Source: Lingula anatina (taxonomy: Eukaryota > Animalia > Brachiopoda). Taken from it: 64,000 nucleotides of DNA. Positions 12,687 to 27,461 of the stretch are shown one piece after another. Position numbers and translations under genes: made by a program. Location of the stretch: contig CM120640.1 of the NCBI GenBank assembly GCA_051362555.1, positions 25,592,225 to 25,656,224 on the forward strand. The letters are read 5' to 3'. Numbering within the stretch: the stretch's first letter is position 1; every line of letters begins with the position of its first letter. A model generated the notes under the pieces. The model was not told the DNA's origin and made no database searches. It was given only the letters and a program-made list of their open reading frames with translations.

Positions 12687-15600
12687 TTACAGTTCATCTC
12701 TCTCTCTGACTATCTGGAATGATGTGAGAATTTGCAGCCTGTCTTTCAGCTGCTGTTTCTTGTTATCACTGATTTTGCCTTCTGCTAACTTCTCAACTCT
12801 CTTCATCTCAGATTGGACAAAATCTTCACCCTTCTCCACAATCTTCTGCATAGTTTTGATGTATATAGCAGCAGAGTTCTGCTGGGCATCAGTCACTTTT
12901 TCTGAAGCCTTTTGAGCTTTTTTAATGACATCCAGTTTCTGCTCAGCAGTACCAGCTTCATATAGTTCCTTTACTAATTTGTCAAATTCTTCAATGCAAG
13001 CAGGAAGACCAAGCCACAAACCTAAAAACAAAACCAAAATACTGAAATTAATTACAATGGAACACATCAACCTTCATTTTGCATTGATTTCATGAAATAA
13101 GAACTAAAATTCCAACGTGGCAATTGTAAAAAATGTAGATACAGTAAGCAATTGACCCTTTTTTACTGACAAAGCCCCAAAAATCAGTTGGTAGACAGTT
13201 AATAAAACAGATACAAGTCACATCTGGCAAAAGCCACAATCTGTATGGGGGGAAATGTCAGAAGATCTGATATTAATAAAATAATCCACCATGGACTGTC
13301 AAGTCAGTTCTTTGTGAAATACAATTTTCATACTATACCTGATTCTTTCATAATGAAAGTCCTTATTGCATCTGAGTCAGTGGTACTGCCAGTATAAGTT
13401 TTTTGTTCTTTCCCATTAAGAAATAGTTTATATACTGGAAAATCTTCTTTCTTTACATTAAACCTCTCTGCCAGGTCAGAATTCTCTTTCTCACCATAAT
13501 CTGCAATCCAATCAAAATAGCATTACCAACAACCACTGTGCAGCAGAATTTTTATATACCTGAAGGGAAAACTGTAAATAGCAACATAACAATGAGTTAT
13601 TGACAAAGTTAAAGAACAATTGTTGTCCACATTTGACACTAATACATCATACCAAGCTTGTGCCCCTTTTGTCACTACAGCAAGAAAAATGAGCATGGAA
13701 CAAATTTAAAGATGCATACAAAGTCAATTTTTTGTCACAAAAACCAACCAAATGCCAGCATATAGTTTCAAGTAGTATAACTAAGAGAATTACCAAAAGG
13801 CATTGTTTAATTTTACCCGAAAATGATGTTTGAACAGATTTTTCTGCTGGCATTCTAAGCTGTATGTCAATGGGGCAGGAAAGTCGGTCACAGAAGTAGG
13901 TTAAATTTACAACCATAAATTTAAAGAAAGGAGCAGTCTAAAGGTCTTTTATGGCTGATCGAGTGATCTATTAAGTTTATCCCTTGGCATGTCGAATTTA
14001 TTTGAGTCATATAAGAATCTAGTAGAAGTGGTTTACATGTGTTACTCGGAATCCACACTCCACAGATGCTCGGTTCGTATGTACCTTTAAAAAGGTGGTG
14101 GTGTGTGTGTGTGTGTGTGAATTTGGTTGTCCTCATTACCTGATACTTGAACTTCTGCTACTAGTAAATCAGGTTGGGAGATGGAGGATTCTGCCACCTT
14201 TTTAAACTCATCCTGTTTCTCACCATACGGAAAGGTTTCATCAAACTTCACTAATGCTGCCTTCTGCTTGCTTAAAATCTGCCAAAAAAAAGTGTTAAAT
14301 CTACATTATAACATTGATCTTTTTTTATCTTTTGTTGAGATGACATAAAATGATGGTTGTTTTATTTTATTACTGAAAATCATCCCTTATACCCAGGTCT
14401 ATAAGACTTGTTTTACCCAAAAGGCCAAATCACGCTCGGCTGTCACCCTGATTGGATAGTAAACGATTGTCGTAAAATCGCTAAATGATATTAAAACCGG
14501 GTGCATAAACTTGAAAACCACCTAGGACAACCTTGGACTGCCACATTAATCCAATACAATGCAAAAATAAACTATAACAAGTGGTTAAAGCCTTCAAGCC
14601 AAATGTCGTAAAGTCCCCATATACCTCCATTGAGACAATAAAATAGAGTAAGCTTGTGAAACAAGATTCAACAATTTTAAACATAATAATCGAAATAAAA
14701 TACTGCCGGGCATCGGAGCGGCCTAAAACTTGGCACGCTTACCGCAAATACTGCAGGCTACATCATCCCGTCGCTCGTTTGTAAATTCTGTGCATGGCAT
14801 ACGCACAATCAAACCGTAAATCCAAATTCCACCTCTGATGCTTGAGTCGGTCCACTCTAACCTCCCATTACGAAAAAGAAGCCATGCCATTGGACAATGC
14901 GACCTCTGCGGTTACGTCATTTCCTGAATTGGATTGTGGAGAGGACCGACTCAAGCATCAGAGGTGGAATTTGGATTTACGGTTTGATTGTGCGTATGCC
15001 ATGCACAGAATTTACAAACGAGCGATGGGATGATGTAGCCTGCAGTATTTGCGGTAAGCGTGCCAAGTTTTAGGCCGCTCCGATGCCCGGCAGTATTTTA
15101 TTTCGATTATTATGTTTAAAATTGTTGAATCTTGTTTCACAAGCTTACTCTATTTTATTGTCTCTATGGAGGTATATGGGGACTTTACGACATTCGGTTT
15201 GAAGGCTTTAACCACTTGTTATAGTTTATTTTTGCATTGTATTGGATTAATGTGTCAGTCCAAGGTTGTCCTAGGTGGTTTCCAAGTTTATGCACCCGGT
15301 TTTAATATCATTTAGCGATTTTACGATAATCGTTTACTATCCAATCAAGGTGACAGCCGAGCGTGGGCCAAATTATGCTCTACGTACTTTGTACCGGTGT
15401 TACAGGAATGGAAGTCCGCTAGGAACCGTGCTAGTCCGTTCCCCATTACTTTGCACAGGTGATATTCGTCCCATATACTAACCCCAATACAGCTAACCCT
15501 AACCTGTACTAATCATATAAGACCCTGAACTTCCATTCCTAGGACTACCATTCCTGTCACACCGGGTGCATCAAAATTTTCCAAGGACTTTCTAAATTAT

Positions 15601-15770
15601 GTACAGTTAGATGTTTTGAAAGAAAATGCAAGGACAAACCAAGATATACACACTTTGTCAAATACTCCCGAATTTAACTGCACAGATCCTTTGACAAGTT
15701 CGCCGTTGACTGCAGGAGATAAACTTAATATCAACAGAAATATTACAGCATTTACATCTGGTCCCTCCAT
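12687..15770 (-). CDS. ERP29: Endoplasmic reticulum resident protein 29 (windbeutel ortholog)
   Basis: Exons 15654-15770 (signal peptide, [13 protein letters not shown]), 14140-14278 ([17 protein letters not shown]), 13339-13500 ([14 protein letters not shown]) and 12687-13021 ([10 protein letters not shown]...RDEL) join in frame to 250 aa, ending in the ER-retrieval signal RDEL. Confidence 0.95.
14431..15365. mobile_element. Non-autonomous foldback DNA transposon with 423-bp TIRs and 8-bp TSD
   Basis: Arms 14431-14853 and 14943-15365 are reverse complements with few mismatches; spacer 89 bp; termini CACGC...GCGTG; direct repeat GGCCAAAT at 14423-14430 and 15366-15373. Confidence 0.92.
15394..15565. 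mobile_element. Short MITE-like element with ~24-bp TIRs and internal TAACCC motifs
   Basis: CCGGTGTTACAGGAATGGAAGTCC ... GGACTACCATTCCTGTCACACCGG; internal CTAACCCTAACC. Confidence 0.65.
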
Positions 15771-18045
15771 GCTTGCCTGCCTGCCGGTGTATATAGACTA
15801 CTGTGAACCAATCAGTTGACTTACCCTGTCACTTGCCTGTACAGTTTCTATTGGCTAGTTTATCATGTAGGCCAAGGTCGTCCGAAATTCGAGAATGGAA
15901 GCGAGCAGATTGTGTTTGTTGAGATTGCGTTTGCAAAGTAGCCTAAAAGGTAAATGGAGAAGTACTTCATACGCATGCGGGACAATGCAAATGTTCCGAT
16001 ATTCAGAATATGCCAAGGACATAGACCTACTAGCTGTCTTTTTTTTATTAAGACTATGCTTTAACTCGATGCAAACGTTGCTTGAAGGATCAAACACTAT
16101 ATTTTCGGCACATATATATCATGGGCTTAATGGTATAATAATAGCCTAATAACAATTATTAGGGGCCTATTATTATTATTATTATTATTAAAGAAAGATA
16201 GATGGACAAAATGAATGAAAAAATAAATTAAGATGAAATGAAAAATAATCTAAAAAACACTGATGATAATATATTTAATGTCTGTTTTCGAACACAGATA
16301 TCCCATTTACTCGTATGGAATAATTGTGGAAGACTTAATTATGAAGCGGATAGAACTAATCGTTAATGATGGTTTGGTTAGGCGTTCTGTCCCCAGCTTC
16401 CACAGCAGAAACATATACAAGAGACTAATAGGCCCAGTGCCCGACGTAGACCACTATTGCAAGTGATTGCACTGCCACGTACGTGTCAGCAACCTAAACT
16501 GCCGCCAACGTCTAAGTTGGAGGAATTACTGACATACAAACAGCGATTTAATGATGCGCGCTTTTTTTTAACATTTACAAAGCATACAACCGTCAAAGTA
16601 CAATTTTGTATCTGTTCATTAATTAATTAATTATTAATTCTTGAAATGGGAAAATCGAAAAAACTGATATCCTAGTAAGTGAATTTATTATTTTTTTAGA
16701 CAAGGATTGGTCTAATTAGTCTCTGATGCCTCTCTTTCCTTTTGCGCCCGAAATTAATGGTAATTGATAATCATGAGCAGAGTCAGAAAAGAGATGATTC
16801 TCTTTGAAGGTATAAGTTAATAATGAGTAAAATGCACTATAATCTCACGTGCAAGAAATTGGATAAAACGATTCATTAATACGTATGATCATACCACGCA
16901 ACAATACTCCGTGCGATGAATGGAACCGTAATTTATCTTGACTTGATATAAAATGTCTTACGTTTCTCAATTGATGAATTGGGAGATCGATGAACCCTAT
17001 TTTCGATGTATTTTACTTACCAACTCCAGGCCTAAATCAACCAGATATCGTCTATCTATTATTGAGTTTATCATTTTTTTTTTTCAGTTATCCGACCCTC
17101 AAGTAGTGATTAAAATTTTAGGAGTCAAACCACTTCCATAGTTAGTCCCTGTATACCATTAGGTTTAACTTAACATAACACTCAAATGTTCTTTGTCAGC
17201 CCAACGTGCTGAGGACAATTTAACTCAGCATCGGGCTATATACATTTTTTGTTTCAATGCAAGTTATGATTGAACTTTGCCAACGTCTTTCATGTTTAAA
17301 ATGTAGGATTAAACCTGAAGTATACCCCCTTTTGCTGTATATACACGTACGCACTTGAATGTTGTACCCAAAGTCATAGACAACTGACTCGAAGAATTCT
17401 ACATGTAACAACTATACAAATCTATACAAATACTTATGGAATGATTACTGGGAAGTAGCACAGAATAAAACTAGGCCCTATTGCTATTGATGGGTGTATC
17501 GTTTTTTGTTTTTTTTTCAAACTTTCAGTTATATAAATTTGTAAGGCTCTCAATCATGATTCACTTTTTGGACTTAGCAGCCACTGGAGTTTTTCATGAT
17601 CTGTTTTCTACTCAGGTATCATATATAATTACGTATACAGCAACTTCGGGATAACATTATAGACTCCTTGGCCCTAAAAGGGTTCATAGGAACAGCCGGG
17701 ACTTGAACAAGACGGTTGTAGTTACCAAAAGGTTTTATCTGATAGCTTGTCGTCTCCGATTTGAGAATCATGTAGCCTCAGACCTACCATGTTAATAGAA
17801 CACCTTTGTGAGCCACGATAAAAACACCAACACTTGACTTCATCGCTATGTGGGATCAAGAGACAAGAATGATATACACATGAACTAACGATCTGAGATA
17901 CGAGATGCCTAGTTTTAACATGTGTGTGACAAAGCGAACGAGGGCGCAATAGAAATCACCGCACAGACTTCACTTTTGTTTTCAATTTTTCAATGTCAAA
18001 GGAGCTGACTGAAAATTAAAGAACAGCTGGAAATGCAAAGAAGGA

Positions 18046-18054
18046 CCCCCCCCT

Positions 18055-18093
<39 letters not shown>
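18046..18093. repeat. Poly-C tract
   Basis: About 46 C residues interrupted once by TA. Confidence 0.9.
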
Positions 18094-18428
18094 ACTGCCT
18101 GTTGTAGAGATTAACATATCAACTGTTTAACTGCAGTAGATATTGCATTCTAGTTGCGCATACTGTAACAACATAGAGTTACATACCATTCCGTCCCATT
18201 TAACAGGGCCTAATAAAAAAAAAGACAGGAGCCTCCATCCGATCTTCAAAATGTAATTTATGAACTGCAATATTTATTAATTTATGCTATTTGGAAAACA
18301 AATGTATTTAAAAAAAGACAAACTATCCTTTCACTGATTAATTTTGATGGAATTTGGAATTTGCAACCGTGTGTGTAACAGAAATGTAGTTGTATCGCAT
18401 CACATGCATTTGTTTACAATGATTTTCA

Positions 18429-18477
<49 letters not shown>

Positions 18478-19215
18478 AAAGACGCTTTGATCCCGGTGGT
18501 CTGTTTGTGCAATTTCAATTTTTCATGATCACACTACTGGCAACAGTACATGTACATACATGTAAACAGCGCCCACTGTGAAAGAGTGGTAGTGAATTTT
18601 TGAAATGACTAACCTCTTCCCACTCTGAACGAGCAGAAAAGTTCCAATTCAGGAGCACAGAATCATGTTTCACACATTACCATCCACCCCACCCCACCAC
18701 TTTCATAGCTCTCTATCAGGCATTGTATCGAGGCTTTTGTGTTTAAAGAACTTTTAAAGGGACTTTCGTCAATCCTTTAAGTAAGAGACTTTAAATGATA
18801 TTATATGATTATATGAAAACGCTTGTCAAATATATTGACATTACGAGTAATTTAATACAGAAATATCTCAAAATTTGGAAAAAACTAGGGTGCCTATTTT
18901 TTAATATTATTTATTAAATTTCGTTCATTATATACATAGGCCTACGTTGTGTCATAGGTACATGTATTTTAGACATTCAATTATCACCTGTTTGTCTTTC
19001 AAGTAAATGAATAATTTGCACTGTGTTTGTTCCGGTTAAAACAAAAATTTCATTTCATCTTAACGTCATTGGAAAAAGTTTATCTTGTCAATTCTAAATA
19101 TACCCAGGAAAATGTACTTAACAAACACGTGTTGATATAGATAATAAAGTATATCAACTTAAATCAGACATGAAAGACACAATCTACGGAAATTCATTGT
19201 TTTGACTTATTCCTT

Positions 19216-22200
19216 TCATCCGTTAAAATTTTTGCATATGCATCCCGTGGGTAACTCGAATTGCTCAAAAGAGACAGACGAATCTACTTTATTTCGACAG
19301 GAATTCTCTGGTTTGCAGAAAGCCAGTAGAGTGAAAACTCCCATAGTTGTCACACATTGTCCGGGGCAGTACTCCATGATTCCATTAAACCTGAAATATC
19401 GATAACGAAAGAAGATTTACTTTAGTTTAGTTTTGTGTGCGGATGAGGATAACATTTATAAGGATCGAAAAGGTCAAGTCTTAGACTTGATTAATATAAC
19501 CCATGCGTGCTGCGGCGCGGTGAGGGGTAGTGTAAGACTGTGGGGATTATGTTTAACGTAATCGATCAACTTTTTTGAAACAAATGTATAAAGAAGCATG
19601 AAGGCATGTCTTTTTATTGACAGAGCCAGCAAACCAAGGCCACATACATGAACCGATCAGTGAGTAAGAGCAAATGATTTGCTTCAAATGATTGTTTTAA
19701 TCTTTTTTTAAAATAAGGATATACGATAGAAGCCCTCCAGTCGTCCTGGTAATTTAATGGGCCAAACAACAAACCTACAATTTTGTTACTTTACAAATTT
19801 GTCTTTTAGATATGAAAAACAGATATTGGAATTATCGGTTATCTCCCTATTTTGCAGGTGGATATAAGTGAACGTTAATCAAACCTGCATAACATTTAAA
19901 TCTTCACAATTCGGATAATCTCTCTCTCTCTCTCTCTTTTCAAAAATAAAAGTAGGTTAATTTATGCCATCACGTATTCGGTTCTTAAAAGCGTAACACG
20001 TTGATGATGTTGTTCTTAATTAGAGAGTGACAGTATATTTCTAACAAAGAAAAATTGAATTGTGCACTCTGGCAAATTTGAATACTATTGGGAGATTAAA
20101 TCTCATTACTCTTGAAAGAGTTTGTTGCCATTAATCCAGTGGTATATGATGGCCTCCTAACTATATTTAATAACGAAATGCACTCGATCAATCATATCCT
20201 CACTTCTACAAGATTTCCATTTGGTTTACTCTCAGAGACGGAGGTAATATATAAGATTTGATAAGATTTAAAGACAAAGAATTCAAGTCGTCTGAATTTA
20301 GGCACATCATGTTAATACATATCAATTAGCTTACTTGCACTCTGATACCGTGACGCTTTGGTATTTATTCACCCTGTCAAGCTGGACAACGAGATACATT
20401 TCTCCGTTAATGTCCTTTATAGGCTCCATGGGTTGAAATCGAGTCAGTTCTCTGTAAATGCAGATTAAATTGATTAGAAAAGAACAATTTATTCTAAAGA
20501 ATCCAGTGCCAAGTATCTGAAACCTTCTGATATTAAATCCCCATTTTCAACTGTTTAATAATTTATTTTATTATTTTAAGCGATTATTTCAGTCATAACA
20601 TACAAATAATAACGGCTTTCAGTCATAACATACAAATAATAATAAATGAATCCGTAACTCAGTTGCCAAAGGTATCAAACGCATGGTTTGCAGAAAGACA
20701 AATGTATCCCAACCATCAATACCCATTAGACTACAATGACCTGGCTTATAAAGCTTTCAGAGAGATCTAAAAAGACATTTTGAAAAAAAAAACGTTATAC
20801 AATCTAATGTAAAGATTGTTACCTACACATACACAAAGGGAAGAGGTTAAACAGGTCGGGGGTGGTATTCTCGAAACTTATCTTTAATTTTAGCAGTAGG
20901 CAACGACTGAGAATTTTGAATCCCCGTAAATAGGACACTCGACTTATATCGAAGTTTACTGAACTCCTATCCCCCAGGCAACCTGTTTGTACCTATTTCT
21001 ACACCTGGGTGAGAGGGATACTGGGTGGAAAGTGTCTTACCTAAGGATACAACGAAGACGGGTTGCCACCCAGTGCACTTGTTAGCATTTCATGTCTTAC
21101 AACTGTTCTTATCAAAGAAAATATCCCTATCTTAGCTAGCTATCTGACACTTTCTACAGTACCAGCGGACCTGCGTGGAATATTGATGTGCTTTTTTAGT
21201 AATTACTACTACGTAAAAACAGTAGGGGAGAACGGGGCTAGTTGGACCTCGGGGTAAGTTGCCCCCCCCCCCCCCCCCCATCAATTTATGACAAAGTAAC
21301 TATGGGGTAAAAGAACTGATCACATCATTTTGTAAAGTGATCGTTTCCAATAGTGCTAATAAAGCGTCGGCAGTGAGTCCAAATGAAATAATTTAGCATC
21401 TTAAAGTAGCTTTATTAAAAAGACTTGATTGGGGGGGGGGGGCAACTTACCCCGGGGTCCAACTAGCCCCGGTCTCCCCTATCTTTTTTGATAATGTGAC
21501 TTATGTACTGTGAATTTCATCTTTTGACTATTTTCTTTAAATTTTCTTTTATTTGATGTAAAAGTATTTAGAAGACTTCAACTACTTGATAAAAGCCCCT
21601 TCAAAATGGTTGTACTTATGTATAACTAGGTCCTTTCTACTCTGAACATATGTATGACGAAATTACGGGCGTGAAGATGACATTCACAGTTAGTTCTTAT
21701 GGGATGAAGTCCGTATAATTATCTCTGATCAGATTCAGCAGTTGTCACGTTCTGTTACCGTGCTTGCCTTAAAATGAGTACTTACTACTTAAAATATTTA
21801 TCTTTCATCATATTTTTATATTTGAAGTGGGAATGGGAAATGTAAAACTGGTTCTTAGCATATTGTTTGGTATAGATTACTGTATGTGTTTTATATAAAT
21901 TTAGTGAAATTAAACTATTTTTTTACCACGCATAAATCGTTGCCTCTATTTATTATTGGAAAAAGTAAATGTGACATAGGGAACTTACGCAGGACAGCAT
22001 ATATCTCCATCTACTAATAGACTCGAATCCGAGCCGACAGTACCCCGATTCGAGACAGCGTCATTATCATCTTCTGCGTCCCGCTCTCGCCTTTTCGAGA
22101 AGACGACACTGTTCTTTTGTTTATAAATTGGCGCTTGTTTTTTAAAGATGGTAAAATTACTTTTCAATCCAGTCTTCTTGGACAATTTCCTCCCAAATGT

Positions 22201-22551
22201 CTTCATGTCAATTTCCTCCAATTTGGCAGGTGATTGAAAAAGTCCAGGATAAAGGACGTCGTACACTTCATAGCTAGTGTTTGGCTCTGGTTTGAAGCAT
22301 GATGTCGGACACCCGGTGCATCTGTCCGGGCAAGAGTCATCATCATTGTATGAGAACGATGTCACTGCTATATTATTTCCTGCCAAATGTCGCGTAGACA
22401 GCGGGCTGTACCGGGAATACGAGGCGTACGAACCAGATGGTAAAGCTGAATTCATCATCGGATAATTGTCATCTGAGGTACTTAAAGCGAAAAGTCCATT
22501 ACAGTCACATAATTTCATAATAACCAGAAGAATAACACTGTCAAGATCCAT
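19216..22551 (-). CDS. Secreted Spaetzle-like cystine-knot protein, paralog A (284 aa)
   Basis: Exons 21989-22551, 20335-20451 and 19216-19390 (phase-2 GT-AG introns) join in frame. Hydrophobic N-terminus, basic KRRER site, then DICCPA...QPMEPIKDINGEMYLVVQL...KYQSVTVSEC...CPGQCVTT...FEQFELPTGCIC. Confidence 0.82.
20970..21055 (-). mobile_element. Fragment of a tRNA-derived SINE conserved central domain
   Basis: Reverse complement reads GTTGTATCCTTAGGTAAGACACTTTCCACCCAG...CACCCAGGTGTAGAAATAGGTAC, resembling the shared core of invertebrate SINEs (from recall). Confidence 0.45.
21223..21481. mobile_element. TA-flanked MITE family A, copy 1
   Basis: ~40-bp TIR GGGGAGA(A/C)CGGGGCTAGTTGGACCYCGGGGTAAGTTGCCCCC flanked by TA; the interior matches the copies at 49668 and 50749. 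Lies in intron 1 of Spaetzle-like A. Confidence 0.9.
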
Positions 22552-25500
22552 TACTACTGCGTATGTCGAGAATTGGTGTGAAAACAAACTTGGTGAAATC
22601 TGTGGCCTAAAAACTGAACACAAAAGAGCATGATGTCAACTTGTATAAAAGTAACTTTACAACACCAACAGAAGAATATAAAAACCCAAACATGAACTCA
22701 CATTTAAAATGTATGTTACATGGTTTGTTTATACCTCGGTTATTGTAAATATAAAGTTTACCTTTATGGACACAGCTTTTAACTATTACAGAGCATTTCT
22801 TTAAGTTGTATGTAAAAAGCTGAGTGAGACCGTTTTAATGATATATTATATTGTAGTACATTAATGTCAGGTGGATGACTACAGCGATATTCAAGGTCCT
22901 GGGGCGGGACACTGTTACCAGCCTACACAAGGCCCATATTTTCTCGTGGCCACGGCTCTTCGTTATGTATAAAAAGTATTTTCTCATTCAAATTAAATAA
23001 ACAGCACATTTTATTGCGTAGTTGCCTTTATTGCCTCAGTCTAGATTATGGCAATGATTCGAAAAAGAAGAGGAGTTTACACGAGACAGAATGATTGTCT
23101 TAATGACTGTCTTACCATCATAAACATTAACACAACAGCTAAGATTTCGTACTTTGAAATACCTATGGTACGAGTATATAGCATTATTATGATTAAGAAT
23201 ATATCGGCCTTATAGATTTGAAAGGCAAAACTCTCAGTTGGTAGAAATAAAAAAAAGCGCGAAAAAACTTTGACAGTTGCTGGAAATGGTCTGCAAGACA
23301 ACTGAAGACTTAATTTCAAACTGATTAATTTTAACTTCCTTTAACGTGTTCACATGATACTTGGGTATGCTGATTTAGGACCTGCCGACTCTCAAAAGTC
23401 GTGAGAATCATTCAAACACATCCGTTTCGTAATGTAGATAAGATATAACTGACAAGACATTTACTTTGTCTGTCGCATGATCAGGTGTCATTTGTTACAG
23501 AGCGTTTATGATAGCTGCTGATCAGACATCAGAATGAACACTATTAATGGTATTAATAGTCAGCGGCAGGGAAATGTTCGTAGCGTTAAACTTGTCACCT
23601 GTGAGAATAATAACTAACATCTTTATCTTAGTAGCATCTGGGTTTCAAACGACAGCATAGCACGTCTTATGATGATATTACCCGATGAACCGACCTTGGC
23701 TGATGTAATCTGAACTCGAGCTATTTGTCTCTTTAAAGGCAATAACATGCCCGAAGGAGCTGTGAATGAAACTAGCCAAAAGCTGAATACAAGTCATTGT
23801 TGTGCAGGGGAAAGTAACCGAGGTTTTTTATAAATAATTTAGAAAAAAAAGAGAAAAATTGATCTAGTTATAGGGTAGGGCTTAATCAAAACTTTAAGTT
23901 TGATCGAATGTACTTGCAAAAACGATATCCAATGTTGGTACACGTAATCTTAGCTCATTTCATTATACAACGATTCTTGTTCTAGAAAGACTAGTAGAGA
24001 AGACATAACACTGTGTCAGCTTGCGGTTGTCACGATCGCTGGCTCTGCCTGTATTTTACTCGACGCCAGGAGCCGTGTCGAACTGATTGCATTCAGCAAG
24101 AGTCCCTGCAGAGTTGGGTCGATCTACGTAGACCGGTTGTCTCAATGGAAATGAACCCTTGCACTCGTGTTTATGATACAAAAATGATGAAACTGTTTTT
24201 TATTTATTTGTTTATTTATTTATTTATTTATTTTTTCATGGTTTACATATTCGTGAATGAGGCAAGGTATTGTAAAAACAAAAAATCGTGAATATTAGAG
24301 AAATTTAATTCATGTAGAGATTTTCCTTGGGCTTTCCAATACTTAATTTCTTTTTTTTTTCAATGCTGACAAAATATGTTGCTCTTAGATCTAAAGGCTT
24401 TAAACATGCAACTTCATACAAAATCTCATTTTCTACACTGCTGAATCACGTATGTTTCAAGTGAGAATGTGGCTGCATCCGTCATCGCATAGCTATGTTT
24501 TTACCTATGCAACAAAGCATCCTGCAGTTAAACGTGATGACAATAAGCGGCTCCGCGTTATGCTATAGATTACTTCAAAATGCGCTTTTATTTCCATCAA
24601 GCTATTGATCAAAATTATTGTGGATTACTACGATTATGGAGCGCGCTTGTGTCTGGCGACGTATTTAGCAAATCGCAGCTAAATTGATATCAAGCTCGAT
24701 GCTCCTCCGGATCATCTTGGCCTCTTAAAGATTTCCCAAACTTTTTGGTTGTTATGAAGTTTATCATTTAAGTTCCGACAGTTGCCGTCACTGACTATTG
24801 CAATTCAATTAAAGCAGACCTGTTTAGTACATGGTCTAAACTGGAGGCACAGAAATAAAGATAATACCCCCGATATATACATCTATGTTCACAACTTTGC
24901 TTGAGTGTTATTGAATTTTCCACTCAGCTCAGAGAACTAATGATGGCCACTGAACAACATATAAGAAAAGGCGCAATATATATCGGCATATTCAAGATAT
25001 TATACACTATCATGTTGTGAGCGTTCGCGGAGTAGCTGTGTAGTCAAAATATGCAATTTTACATTTTACTGGCATGTAAATAAACAGCTATAACATGTTC
25101 TCAATAATTATTGAAACTTTAGTCACGGCTATTGTGAGGTTTTCTCAGGCTATGCTGACCACTAAATTCATATCGTTGTTGTTCCAAATATAGCTTACTT
25201 ATCCCGCCCGATAGCACTAAGGTTGAAATAAAAGTACCTACCTCTTGCCACAACCGCAGCCTATATGAACAAAGCGGGTTTAATTTCAGATTAATCTCTC
25301 GTCGTTCTTATCGCAGCAATAAAAAATTGCATATAATCTAGCATAACTAACTGCATATCTTGTCTTTTTTTGCTGAATCTTAATAAGGGCTTTGATTATA
25401 TCTAACCCAAGACGGTGCGTCATATGTTGAGATTTGACACTAGATTCAAAATCAGCACCCTCAGTTTATCTCTTGAAAAGTGAATGTTTTTTTTTTCTTT

Positions 25501-26862
25501 TTATTTTGTCATTATAAAAGAACTTAAAAAACAAATGGAAGACATTAAAGAGGAAGGAGATTTAATTATGAGTATAAAACGGCAATGGCGGGCACATGCA
25601 AAGGGTGAGACAACTTCGAAACTGAAAACAATGGACTTCCCTGATGAATTGGAGACGTCATGCGTTATTACACTTAGACACGACTGGGGAGACTTCTTTC
25701 ATACACCGCCTCACTAATCATCAAGAAATGAGACCCTACCCAGAAGTCGGTTAAGATCGCCTAATTAAGCACTTTGCCTCAAAAACTGGAACCCAATAAT
25801 TGATTTTAGCATAGAAAAAAACCAGATCTCTTTGCTTGTCTGTATTGAAGATAAAGTACCAAGGATGTTTAGTGTCTAACATATATTCTTACTCTCCTAA
25901 TAGATATCCTGGGGTTTCATCTGAACACATGTCACAATCCATTTAAAATAAAGAAATTAATACCCGTACCTAATGTGCCATTTACACTCGAAGCAACTAA
26001 ACCGTTCACCAGGTCCCAGGCAAGAGAAGAGAAGAGAAGAGAGGAATACTCTTAAAACAGGTATTTCTGAGTTGATATAGTGTCAATTAGTACTTAAAAT
26101 TGTTTACATGTTAAAATGCCAATAAAATAAAATAAATATATGAATCACCTTTAAGAGTAAAAATGTAAGGATAAAAACGTTAGTCGCATTTTTTTCGTAT
26201 GCCAAAATACTATGTGCGATACATGTGCCTTTGATCCAGGGTATTTTTGATCTCATTTTTTCCTGTAAATCTCTATATGTTCTTGTCAAAGAGTGTGCCT
26301 GTGTGCGTACATTTATATGAATGTACATGCCTTAACTGGTGCAGTTTATTTCCCTAATTCAAACAATTTTAATATTTACATATAATTTTATTTCTCCTCA
26401 ACAATATGGGTGTGTCCTTATATATACAGGCACGTGGAAAATTTCGTGAAACATAACAAATGGCTTTTTTTCTATCTTTTAAAACAATTTAACTCAAGTA
26501 GCATGATTGTGTTAATAATGCCAGTTGTATTAGAAAATTGCTATTTTAGATTAAATCGTCAAAAAAAAAAAAAAAATTCACAAATGGTCATCAATTTCTA
26601 TCATGCTCGGTGCAACAAATAAGAATTTTTGATTTCTTCCAAAACTTTCTTACTCTAAACTCAAATGATATGCTGGGTATGTTATTAACTCAAAAGAATG
26701 ACATTTTGGCATATAGGTTTGGGAAAAATCATTATGAACTCTAAATGATATCTGTGCTGTTCATGAACTCTGTAAGAAGTAGCGTGAGAATCCACCTGGC
26801 ATGAGGTTAAAAATCTATTTAACCCCTAACAAAATAAGATAAGTGCCGTCTCTTTAACCTTT

Positions 26863-27409
26863 CTATTGTCTTGACCACATTTTGCAGACACATCCCGTCG
26901 GGAGTCGGAATTTCTCGAAGGTAAAGGTCACACTTCCGGTGTTGTGGTTATAGCAGGAGTTGTGCTTCAGACAGAAAACCAAAATGGAGAACACACTGGT
27001 GGTGGTTACGCACTGGCCAGGGCACATCTTCACAGCATTGTGGCTGAAATAGAAAATTGAATTTTTTTAAGACACAGCTGAAGAATTACCTTATTCTGAG
27101 AAAAATGATTTCTACCTAAGAATGACTCAGATCCCTTGTGTGATATTTACCACATTTACTTGAAACATTCCTTAATGCTGTACTTTTCATGTACTATTTA
27201 AGCAAAAAAATATAACAAAGGCGCATTCATCAAAGAACTTTACTTACTCGCACTCAGCAACTGCAAACGTTTGATATTTTCCCAATGCCACAAGCTGCAC
27301 GGGTACAAATTTTTCCCCGTGAATGTTTTCTACAGTGTCCATTGGTTGGTATCGGCTACGGATTCTGGTCATAGAAAACAACAAAAGTGATACCCAAATA
27401 AATTTTGAA

Positions 27410-27461
<52 letters not shown>

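Noticed and set aside
14481-15315. Twin 67-aa ORFs ([11 protein letters not shown]...) on opposite strands
   Set aside because: They are simply the two arms of the foldback element and have no coding hallmarks.
20587-20642. Short ~26-bp tandem repeat (similar one at ~37733-37781)
   Set aside because: Two units only with no spacers; ordinary slippage, not CRISPR-like.
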